Assembly (NCBI RefSeq): GCF_949296715.1
Contig: NZ_CASFQD010000059.1
Coordinates: forward strand, 1,734 to 65,733
DNA: 64,000 bases
Direction: 5' to 3'
Source: an uncultured Alistipes sp.
GTDB taxonomy: Bacteria; Bacteroidota; Bacteroidia; Bacteroidales; Rikenellaceae
Part shown: in pieces, positions 45,549-53,677 of the stretch
Layout: every line of letters starts with the position of its first letter
How positions within the stretch are numbered: the stretch's first letter is position 1
Position numbers and translations under genes: made by a program
The notes under the pieces: generated by a model
Told to the model about the DNA's origin: nothing
What the model saw: only the letters and a program-made list of their open reading frames with translations
Databases searched by the model: none

Positions 45549-46697
45549 ATGAAGATCACGATTCTGGGACCCGCCCATCCCTACCGGGGCGGATTGGCTT
45601 CGATCATGGAGATTATGGCCCGCACGTTCCAGCGGCGCGGCGCGGAGGTCGACATCCGCACCTTCACGCTGCAATACCCTGCGCTGCTGTTCCCGGGCAA
45701 GAGCCAGACGCTCACGACCTCTGCGCCCGCCGACCTGCGCATCTGCCGCTGTGTCAATACGGTCAACCCCTTCAACTGGCTGCGCATCGGCCGCCTCATC
45801 CGGCGCGAGCGGCCCGATTTCGTGCTGATGAAGTACTGGACACCCTTCATGGCGCCCTGCTTCGGGACGATTGCGCGCCTGGCCCGCCGCAACGGACATA
45901 CGAAGGTCATCTGCCAAATCGACAACGTCGAGCCGCACGAACACCACTTCATCGACCGGCCCTTCAACCTTTACTTCCTGCGTGCGGTCGACGGCTTCGT
46001 CTACATGTCCGAGCAGGTGCACCGCGAACTGGAGGCCTATATCGACGCGCCGGCGCTCTTCTCGCCGCACCCGCTCTTCGAGAACTTCGGCGAGCGTGTC
46101 GACCGTTCGGAGGCGTGCGTGCGGCTGGGGCTCGACCCCGCCTGCCGCTATGTGCTCTTCTTCGGGCTGGTGCGCGACTACAAGGGGCTGGACCTGCTGC
46201 TCGACGCCTGGGCGCAGCTGAAACGCGCGGGCCGCACGCAGGGCCGCCGGCTGATTGTCGCGGGCGAGTTCTACACCTCGAAGGAGCCCTACCTGCGGCA
46301 GATTGCCGCAAACGGCCTGGTGGACGAGGTGATCCTCCACGACTACTTCATCCCCGACGAACGGGTCAAATACTACTTCTCGGCGGCCGATTTTGTCGTG
46401 CAGCCCTACAAGACGGCGACGCAAAGCGGCGTGACGCAGATTGCCTACCAGTTCTGCGTGCCGATGGTCGTCACGCGTGTCGGGGGGCTGGCCGAGATTG
46501 TGCCCGACGGCCGCGTGGGGTATGTCTGCGAGCCGACGGCGGAGGGGGTGGCCGATGCCGTCGTGCGGATGTATGCCGACGGGGTGCTCGAGCGCTTCCG
46601 CGAAAACTGCGTCGAGGAGCGCCGCCGTTTCTCGTGGGAGGAGATGTGCACCCGCATCGAGGAGGTCTACCGCCTGGCCGCGGAGCGGTCGCGATAG
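45549..46697 (+). CDS. glycosyltransferase family 4
   Basis: ATG at 45549 (MKITILGPAHPYRGG) within ORF 45513..46697. GT-B C-terminal region with QPYKTATQSGV and E..GL.E motifs. Confidence 0.85.
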   Translation: MKITILGPAHPYRGGLASIMEIMARTFQRRGAEVDIRTFTLQYPALLFPGKSQTLTTSAPADLRICRCVNTVNPFNWLRIGRLIRRERPDFVLMKYWTPFMAPCFGTIARLARRNGHTKVICQIDNVEPHEHHFIDRPFNLYFLRAVDGFVYMSEQVHRELEAYIDAPALFSPHPLFENFGERVDRSEACVRLGLDPACRYVLFFGLVRDYKGLDLLLDAWAQLKRAGRTQGRRLIVAGEFYTSKEPYLRQIAANGLVDEVILHDYFIPDERVKYYFSAADFVVQPYKTATQSGVTQIAYQFCVPMVVTRVGGLAEIVPDGRVGYVCEPTAEGVADAVVRMYADGVLERFRENCVEERRRFSWEEMCTRIEEVYRLAAERSR

Positions 46698-46699
46698 GG

Positions 46700-46960
46700 G
46701 GCGGCAGCGTGTCGACAGCCGATTGCCGACTGCCTTTTCCGGCCGTCTTTTCCTCCCGCCGACCGCTGCCCCGTTCCCTGACCGTCAGTCGTCAGTCTGT
46801 TTGCTGCCCGTCGGCTGTCAATCCTGTTTGCCGAAGCCCTGCCGCTGCCTGCCAGCCGCCAGTTCCGGTTGCTGCCCGTCGGCCGCCTGCTGTCAATTCC
46901 ATTTGCCAACCGCCGACCCCATTTACTGACTGCCGGGTGCTGCCCGGCCGGGCGTGCCGC
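46700..46960. repeat. degenerate CTGCC/CCGNC-rich repeat tract with a ~68-bp period
   Basis: gtttgctgcccgtcggctgtcaatcctgtttgcc at 46799-46832 recurs as ggttgctgcccgtcggccgcctgctgtcaattccatttgcc at 46867-46907. Many short ctgcc / ccgac units surround these. Confidence 0.7.
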
Positions 46961-47036
46961 TCCGGACCGTATGCCGGTGCGCTGTTCCGGCCGCATTTCC
47001 GAACCTTCCCGATGAATAATTTTTTGCCGTGCGAAG

Positions 47037-47056
47037 TCCCGCTTTGCGGGATTTTT
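47037..47056 (+). terminator. short intrinsic terminator just before the hppA promoter
   Basis: TCCCGC-ttt-GCGGGA-TTTTT. It is immediately followed by the variant -7 box TATCTTTA at 47059-47066. Confidence 0.6.
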
Positions 47057-47105
47057 CCTATCTTTATATCCATGTTTCGGACCTTAAAAACTCAAAACCT
47101 GTAAT

Positions 47106-49325
47106 ATGACGAACACTCCGATGATTTTCTGGGTCGTACCCGTCGCTTCCGTCGTCGCGCTGGCCTTTGCCTGGGCCTTCTACCGCCTGATGAAGCGCGA
47201 GGACGAGGGTACGCCGCGCATGCGCGAGATCGCCGCGCACGTGCGCATGGGCGCCATGGCCTACCTGCGGCAGCAGTACAAGGTCGTGGGGCTCGTTTTC
47301 GTGGTTCTGGCACTCTTCTTCGCCTACCTGGCCTACGGGGCGGGCGTGCAGAACGGATGGGTGCCCTTCGCCTTCCTCACGGGCGGCTTCTTCTCGGGCC
47401 TGGCCGGATACTTCGGCATGAAGACCGCAACCTACGCCTCGGCCCGCACGGCCAATGCCGCGCGGCAGTCGCTTGACCGCGGCCTGAAGGTCGCCTTCCG
47501 CAGCGGCGCTGTGATGGGTCTCGTGGTCGTGGGCCTCGGCCTGCTCGATATCTCGTTCTGGTATATGATCCTGAACCACTTTGTTGAGGCAACGGGTCCG
47601 CAGAAGCTCGTGGCCATCACCACGACGATGCTGACCTTCGGCATGGGTGCCTCGACGCAGGCGCTCTTCGCGCGTGTCGGCGGCGGCATCTACACGAAGG
47701 CGGCCGACGTGGGCGCCGACCTTGTGGGCAAGGTCGAAGCCGGCATTCCGGAGGACGACCCGCGCAACCCGGCGACCATCGCCGACAACGTGGGCGACAA
47801 CGTGGGCGACGTGGCCGGCATGGGTGCCGACCTCTATGAGAGCTACTGCGGCTCGGTGCTGGCGACGGCGGCCCTCGGTGCCGCGGCCTTCGCCACGACG
47901 GGCGGCGAGACGATGCAGCTCAAGGCCGTGCTGGCGCCGATGCTGATTGCCGCCGTGGGCATCGTCCTCTCGATTATCGGCATCTTCCTCGTGCGCACGA
48001 AGGAGGGGGCGTCGATGCGGGAGCTGCTGCGCTCGCTCGGGCGCGGCGTGAATGTCAGCTCGGCGCTCATCGCCGTGGCGACGTTCGGCATCCTCTACCT
48101 GCTTGACATCCAGAACTGGGTCGGCCTCTCGTGCTCGGTCATCACGGGCCTCGTGGCCGGCATCATCATCGGCCAGGCAACCGAATACTACACGTCGCAC
48201 TCCTACAAGCCGACGCAGAAGATCGCCGGCAGCGCGCAGACGGGTCCCGCCACGGTCATCATCGCCGGCGTGGGCTCGGGCATGATCTCGACGGCGATTC
48301 CCGTCGTGACAATCGGCGTGGCGATTATCCTGGCCTACCTCTGCGCCATCGGCTTCGACATGGAGCAGATGCTTGCGCCGCAGAACATGTCGCTGGGCCT
48401 CTACGGCATCGGCATCGCGGCCGTGGGCATGCTCTCGACGCTGGGCATCACGCTGGCGACCGACGCCTACGGACCCATTGCCGACAATGCGGGCGGCAAC
48501 GCCGAGATGAGCGGCCTGGGTGCCGAGGTGCGCAAGCGCACCGATGCGCTCGACGCGCTGGGCAACACGACGGCCGCCACGGGCAAGGGCTTCGCCATCG
48601 GTTCGGCGGCCCTGACGGCGCTGGCGCTGCTGGCCTCCTACATCGAGGAGATACGCATCGGCCTGCTGCACAACGGCATTGAGGTGCTTGCGATGCCGAA
48701 CGGCACGGAGCAGCTCGTGCAGAGCGCCTCGATCCTCGATTTCATGGAGTACTACCGCATCTCGCTGATGAACCCCACGGTGCTCATCGGCATCTTCATC
48801 GGTGCGATGATGTCGTTTCTCTTCTGCGGTCTGACGATGAATGCCGTGGGACGCGCCGCCGAGAGCATGGTGCAGGAGGTGCGGCGCCAGTTCCGCGAGA
48901 TCAAGGGCATCCTCACGGGCGAGGGTACGCCCGACTATGCGCGCTGCGTGGCCATCTCGACGCGCGGAGCACAGCGTGAGATGCTCTTCCCGAGTCTGCT
49001 GGCGATCATCGTGCCGGTGGTCGTGGGCCTTGTCTTCGGCGTGGCGGGCGTCATGGGCCTGCTTGTCGGCGGCCTGAGCTCGGGCTTCGTGCTGGCGGTC
49101 TTCATGGCCAATGCCGGCGGTGCGTGGGACAACGCCAAGAAGATGATCGAGGAGGGACACTACGGAGGCAAGGGCTCCGAGTGCCACAAGGCAACGGTCG
49201 TGGGCGATACGGTGGGCGATCCGTTCAAGGATACGTCGGGCCCGTCGCTCAACATCCTCGTCAAGCTCATGTCGATGGTCGCCATCGTCATGGCCGGTCT
49301 GACCGTGGCTTTCCACCTCTTCTGA
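47106..49325 (+). CDS. hppA: membrane-bound ion-translocating pyrophosphatase
   Basis: 739 aa, about 16 TM helices. Signature motifs GGIYTKAADVGADLVGKVE, DNVGDNVGD and GDTVGDPFKDT. Confidence 0.96.
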   Translation: MTNTPMIFWVVPVASVVALAFAWAFYRLMKREDEGTPRMREIAAHVRMGAMAYLRQQYKVVGLVFVVLALFFAYLAYGAGVQNGWVPFAFLTGGFFSGLAGYFGMKTATYASARTANAARQSLDRGLKVAFRSGAVMGLVVVGLGLLDISFWYMILNHFVEATGPQKLVAITTTMLTFGMGASTQALFARVGGGIYTKAADVGADLVGKVEAGIPEDDPRNPATIADNVGDNVGDVAGMGADLYESYCGSVLATAALGAAAFATTGGETMQLKAVLAPMLIAAVGIVLSIIGIFLVRTKEGASMRELLRSLGRGVNVSSALIAVATFGILYLLDIQNWVGLSCSVITGLVAGIIIGQATEYYTSHSYKPTQKIAGSAQTGPATVIIAGVGSGMISTAIPVVTIGVAIILAYLCAIGFDMEQMLAPQNMSLGLYGIGIAAVGMLSTLGITLATDAYGPIADNAGGNAEMSGLGAEVRKRTDALDALGNTTAATGKGFAIGSAALTALALLASYIEEIRIGLLHNGIEVLAMPNGTEQLVQSASILDFMEYYRISLMNPTVLIGIFIGAMMSFLFCGLTMNAVGRAAESMVQEVRRQFREIKGILTGEGTPDYARCVAISTRGAQREMLFPSLLAIIVPVVVGLVFGVAGVMGLLVGGLSSGFVLAVFMANAGGAWDNAKKMIEEGHYGGKGSECHKATVVGDTVGDPFKDTSGPSLNILVKLMSMVAIVMAGLTVAFHLF

Positions 49326-49352
49326 TCGGATTACCTATTATTATAGTTTATA

Positions 49353-49383
49353 GGGCCTCGCCTTCCGGACGGGGCCCTTTTTT
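49353..49383 (+). terminator. intrinsic terminator after hppA
   Basis: GGGCCTCG-ccttccgga-CGGGGCCC followed by T6. Confidence 0.85.
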
Positions 49384-49415
49384 GGAAATCATGTCGAACC
49401 GAACTTTCTGAATCC

Positions 49416-51644
49416 ATGCGAAAGATTCTTTTGCCGCTGCTGTTGCTGGGCGTCTCGTGCGGCAGCGATGTCGTGTACCGCACCGCAAGTTACGAGCTGT
49501 TGCGCGACGGGGTGGTGCAGGCACAATATACGGCCCGCGTGCTCTCCGATACGGAGATCGTCTCCGACTTCACGGGTGCCGCGCCGGGCGCCGACAGCGT
49601 GGCCGAACAGCGCTGGCGGCTCGGGACCGATATCTCGGCCTATCCCCGGTTGAGCGGGGGCCTGCCCGTCGAACGGGTCATGTACAACCTTTCGCTCGAC
49701 GAGGTGAACCGTGCCGTCGAGCCCGATTCGACGCTCCGCACTGGCCGGAACTGGAGCGGCGTGTGGACGCGCGACGTGAGCTACAGCATCCTGCTGGCCA
49801 TGGCGCACGTGCAGCCCGAGGTGGCGAAAAAGAGCCTGATGCGCAAGGTCGACCCTCTGGGCCGCATCGTGCAGGATACGGGTACGGGCGGTGCCTGGCC
49901 CGTCTCGTCGGACCGCATGATCTGGGCCGTGGCGGCCTACGAGGTCTACAAGGTCACGGGTGACGAAGCGTGGCTCGATACGGTCTGGCCCGTGATCCGC
50001 CGTTCGGTGGAGGACGACATGCAGGTGGTCTACGATCCCGTCACGCAGCTCGTGCGCGGCGAGAGCTCCTTCCTCGACTGGCGCGAGCAGGAGTATCCGC
50101 GCTGGATGCAGCCGGCGGACATCTATGCCAGCGAGAACCTCGGGACCTGCGCCGTGCACTGCCGCGCCTGCGAGGTGCTCGCCGAGATCGCGGCCCGGCG
50201 GGGTGAGGCGGAGCTTGCCGCGAGGTACGCCCGCCATGCCGCACTGCTGCGCGAAGGGATCAACGCCCGGCTCTGGATCGAGGAGCGGGGCTACTACGGG
50301 CAGTTCCTCTACGGACGCGACACGCTGCTGCTGTCGCCCCGCAGCGAGACGCTCGGCGAGGCGCTCTGCATCCTGTGGGACATCGCCCCGGCCGAGCGTG
50401 CCGCACGCATCGTCGAGCAGGTCCCGTCGCTCGATTTCGGCACGCCGTGTTTCTTCCCGGGCATTCCCGACGTGCCGCCCTACCACAACGATGCCGTGTG
50501 GCCCTTCGTGCAGGCCTACTGGACGCTGGCGGCGGCCCGCACGGGCAACGAACCCAACGTCCTCCACGGCATCGGCGCCATCTGGCGGGCCGCGCTGCTC
50601 TTCCTGACCAATCAGGAGAACTTCGTCAGCTGGTCCGGCGACCGCCACGGCACGCAGATCAACTCGGCGAACATGCTGTGGAGCCTTTCGGGCAACCTCG
50701 CCCTTACGTACCGCCTGCTCTTCGGCATCGGCTTCGAGGCCGACGGGCTGCGCTTCGCCCCCTTCGTTCCCGAGGCGCTCGACGCGCCGCGGCGTCTGGA
50801 GAATTTCCGCTACCGCGAGGCGCTGCTCGATATCTCGCTGTCGGGCTGGGGCAACCGCATCGCCTCGTTCCGCGTGGACGGCGTCGAGCAGGAGCCCTTC
50901 CTGGCGGATACCCTCCGCGGACGGCACGCCGTCGAGATACGCCTGGCATCGGAGCCGCTGCCCGCAGGCCGGATCAACCTGACCGAAAACCTGTACTCGC
51001 CCCGCACTCCCGAGGCGGACTTCGGCATCGACCGTCTGCTCTGGGAGCCCGAGGAGGACTGCACCTACCGCATCTACCGCGACGGGGCGCCTGTCGGTGA
51101 GACCTCCGACGCCGTGTTCCCGCTGCCCGACGACGCGACCGGGAGCTGGCAGGTGACGGCCCTTTCGGCCGAAGGGGTCGAGTCGTTCGCCAGCGAGCCC
51201 GTCGCGAGCTACCGCACGACGCGCCTTTACGAGGCGGAGGACTATGCCCCGGCTGCCGCCTGTCCCTACGAGGGGTATTCGGGCCGCGGGTTCGTCGAGA
51301 TCGCCCGGACGGTCAACCGGCGGATCGAGATTCCGATCCGGATCGGGGAGCCGGGAGAGTACGTCCTTGCGTGGCGCTATGCCAACGGCAACGGCGCGGT
51401 GGAGACGCACAACCGCTGTGCGCTGCGCACGATGCGTGTGGACGGTGCGCATGCCCGCTGCGTGGTCTTCCCGCAGCGCGGCGAAGGGGCCTGGGACGAA
51501 TGGGGCCTGACGAACCGTGTCCGCATGGCCCTCACGCCGGGCCGTCATGTCGTGACGCTGGAGTTCTGTCCGTGGAACGAGAACATGCACATGGAGGTCA
51601 ATCAGGCGATGGTGGACTGCCTGGTGGTCTCGCGCGCCGACTGA
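49416..51644 (+). CDS. six-hairpin (alpha/alpha)6 glycoside-hydrolase-like lipoprotein with C-terminal CBM6/35-like domain
   Basis: Lipobox LLGVSC. The WTRDVSYS motif resembles the GH15/GDE-type WxRD motif. The C-terminal ~130 aa (YEAEDY...GFVEI...YANGNG) resemble a CBM. The exact GH family is not assignable by eye. Confidence 0.65.
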   Translation: MRKILLPLLLLGVSCGSDVVYRTASYELLRDGVVQAQYTARVLSDTEIVSDFTGAAPGADSVAEQRWRLGTDISAYPRLSGGLPVERVMYNLSLDEVNRAVEPDSTLRTGRNWSGVWTRDVSYSILLAMAHVQPEVAKKSLMRKVDPLGRIVQDTGTGGAWPVSSDRMIWAVAAYEVYKVTGDEAWLDTVWPVIRRSVEDDMQVVYDPVTQLVRGESSFLDWREQEYPRWMQPADIYASENLGTCAVHCRACEVLAEIAARRGEAELAARYARHAALLREGINARLWIEERGYYGQFLYGRDTLLLSPRSETLGEALCILWDIAPAERAARIVEQVPSLDFGTPCFFPGIPDVPPYHNDAVWPFVQAYWTLAAARTGNEPNVLHGIGAIWRAALLFLTNQENFVSWSGDRHGTQINSANMLWSLSGNLALTYRLLFGIGFEADGLRFAPFVPEALDAPRRLENFRYREALLDISLSGWGNRIASFRVDGVEQEPFLADTLRGRHAVEIRLASEPLPAGRINLTENLYSPRTPEADFGIDRLLWEPEEDCTYRIYRDGAPVGETSDAVFPLPDDATGSWQVTALSAEGVESFASEPVASYRTTRLYEAEDYAPAAACPYEGYSGRGFVEIARTVNRRIEIPIRIGEPGEYVLAWRYANGNGAVETHNRCALRTMRVDGAHARCVVFPQRGEGAWDEWGLTNRVRMALTPGRHVVTLEFCPWNENMHMEVNQAMVDCLVVSRAD

Positions 51645-51659
51645 TTCTTCGGCCGGTGA

Positions 51660-51726
51660 GCGGGAGGTCCGGAACCGTTCCGGACCTCCCGCGCCGTATC
51701 CGGACGGGAGGGGACCGGCTTTTTTT
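51660..51726 (+). terminator. compound hairpin region with alternative pairings, ending in T7
   Basis: A perfect 14-bp hairpin at 51660-51692. The CCTCCCG segment can instead pair with a third CGGGAGG copy at 51705-51711, which precedes T7 at 51720-51726. Confidence 0.65.
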
Positions 51727-51761
51727 GCCGTCCGCACCGGAGAAATGTCGGGCGAAAAGCG

Positions 51762-51769
51762 TATCTTTG
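51762..51769 (+). promoter_or_regulatory. -7 promoter box TATCTTTG (HAD gene, leaderless spacing)
   Basis: Only 4 nt lie between the box and the ATG at 51774. Confidence 0.6.
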
Positions 51770-51773
51770 CCGC

Positions 51774-52361
51774 ATGAAAAATATCGTTTTCGACCTCGGC
51801 GGCGTCCTTTTCGCCCGCGACAAGCACAAGTGCACACCCGAATTCATCGACTTTTTCCGCTTCATCCGCACCGACCCGATGCCCGACTTCTGGGTCGAGT
51901 ACGACCGCGGTACGCTGACGCTCGATCAGGTGATCGACGCCCTGTGCGCCCTGCACGGATGCACGCCTGACGTGGCCCGGGCCCATGTGCGGGAGGCGAT
52001 CGACCGGCAGGAGCCCGTGCGGGCGACCGAACGGCTCGTCGGCGAGCTGAAGCGGGCAGGATACCGCCTCTACGTGCTGTCGAACATGTCGCGCGAGTTC
52101 ATCGACTTCCTGCGGCGCGCCGACGTCTACGCGCTCTTCGACGGCGAGGTCGTCTCGTGCGAGGAGGGTACGGTCAAGCCCGAGCCGCGCATCTACCGCA
52201 TCCTGCTCGACCGTTACGGGCTCACCCCGGCCGATACGCTCTTCATCGACGACCGCACGGCCAACATCGCCGCGGCACGCGAGGCCGGCATCGACGGCTT
52301 CCTGTTCGATGCGCACGATCCCGAGGCTTCGTGCGAAGCCCTGCGGCAGCGCCTGCTCTGA
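51774..52361 (+). CDS. HAD-superfamily hydrolase (subfamily IA-like)
   Basis: N-terminal motif VFDLGGVLF, plus the SNMS and FIDD motifs. Confidence 0.85.
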   Translation: MKNIVFDLGGVLFARDKHKCTPEFIDFFRFIRTDPMPDFWVEYDRGTLTLDQVIDALCALHGCTPDVARAHVREAIDRQEPVRATERLVGELKRAGYRLYVLSNMSREFIDFLRRADVYALFDGEVVSCEEGTVKPEPRIYRILLDRYGLTPADTLFIDDRTANIAAAREAGIDGFLFDAHDPEASCEALRQRLL

Positions 52362-52472
52362 CGACGCACGGTGCCGTGCGGGCCTGCTCTGCCCGGCGGC
52401 CGTCCGCCTTTTTTCCGCCTTCATGCTCCGCGGCATCCGTTTGCGGCACGCTCCTTGCGCTGCAGGCGGCGT

Positions 52473-53525
52473 ATGGCTTCGATCCGTGAACGATACTGGC
52501 GCTATTCGCTCGTCGCCCTCATCCTCGGCATGGGGGTGACGGTCTTCGTCGAGCTGATTCCCTTTCTGGGCGGCCTGCTGGGTGCCGCGACGATCTACGT
52601 GCTGCTGCGCGGGCAGATGGTCCGCCTCACCGAACACCGGCACTGGCGGCGCAGTGCGGCGGCGTGGCTGCTGCTGGGCGAGGCCGTTCTCTGTTTCCTC
52701 ATCCCGATCAGCGGCATCGTGTGGCTCGTCGTCGGCAAGGTGCAGGACGTGACGCTCGACCCGCAGTCGCTCGTCGCGTCGGTCCGGCATGTCGCCGGCG
52801 TGATCCGCATCCATACGGGCTACGACCTCTGGCAGGAGAGCAACCTGCGCGAGCTGCTGGGGTATCTGCCGAAGGTAGGGCAGCAGCTCGTCGAGGCAAT
52901 CGGCAGCTTTGCCGTCAATGTCGTCGTGCTGCTCTTCGTGCTCTACTTCCTGCTCGTCGGCGGCTGCCGCATGGAGGCCTACGTCCGCGAAATGCTCCCC
53001 TTCAGCCGCAGCGAGGGGAGCGACGTGCTGCGCGAAATCCACCGCATCGTCCGCTCGAACGCCATCGTCATCCCGCTGCTGGCCCTCGCGCAGGGATTTG
53101 TTGCCTGGGTGGGCTACGTGATCTTCGGTGTGCACGGGACGCTGATATGGGGCGTGCTGACGGGCTTCGCCACGGTGATCCCGATCGTCGGCACGGCGCT
53201 CGTGTGGGTGCCCCTGGCCCTCTACATGGGGCTGGCGGGGCAGTGGGGAGAGGCCGTCGGGCTGCTGCTCTACGGCGTGCTGGTCGTCACGCAGGTCGAC
53301 AACATCCTGCGCATGGTCCTGCAGAAGAAACTCGACAACACGCATCCGCTCGTCACGATCTTCGGCGTCATCATCGGACTGTCGCTCTTCGGCTTCATCG
53401 GCCTGATCTTCGGGCCGCTCCTGCTGGCGATGCTCGTCTTTTGCGTCGACCTCTTCAAGCGCAAGTACCTCGACGTCGCGCCCGGCCGCGAACTTTTCGA
53501 TCCGGACGGTGCTCCGGAGCGTTGA
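52473..53525 (+). CDS. AI-2E family transporter (PerM-like)
   Basis: ATG at 52473 (MASIRERYW) within ORF 52371..53525. About 8 TM helices and a C-terminal PLVTIFGVIIGLSLFGFIGLIFGP motif. Confidence 0.85.
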   Translation: MASIRERYWRYSLVALILGMGVTVFVELIPFLGGLLGAATIYVLLRGQMVRLTEHRHWRRSAAAWLLLGEAVLCFLIPISGIVWLVVGKVQDVTLDPQSLVASVRHVAGVIRIHTGYDLWQESNLRELLGYLPKVGQQLVEAIGSFAVNVVVLLFVLYFLLVGGCRMEAYVREMLPFSRSEGSDVLREIHRIVRSNAIVIPLLALAQGFVAWVGYVIFGVHGTLIWGVLTGFATVIPIVGTALVWVPLALYMGLAGQWGEAVGLLLYGVLVVTQVDNILRMVLQKKLDNTHPLVTIFGVIIGLSLFGFIGLIFGPLLLAMLVFCVDLFKRKYLDVAPGRELFDPDGAPER

Positions 53526-53622
53526 AACACCGCGTGAGGAGCTGTGATTTACGGAAAGTAAGTTCCGGTGGTGATTTTTTGCAAATTTTTTCGCAAAATT
53601 GTTGGAAATCCGAATTGTTTAT

Positions 53623-53630
53623 TATCTTTG
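53623..53630 (+). promoter_or_regulatory. -7 promoter box TATCTTTG
   Basis: Lies 47 nt upstream of the ATG at 53678. The palindrome TGTTAT-cgga-ATAACA at 53629-53644 overlaps the predicted start site. Confidence 0.6.
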
Positions 53631-53677
53631 TTATCGGAATAACAGTAACGCAGTAAAACCCTTAAATTTCCTATACA

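Noticed and set aside
49389-53345. 1318-aa minus-strand ORF
   Set aside because: It runs antisense to three well-supported plus-strand genes (GH, HAD, AI-2E). It has the R/A/G/H/D-rich composition typical of stop-free shadow frames in GC-rich DNA, no recognisable motifs and no promoter box.
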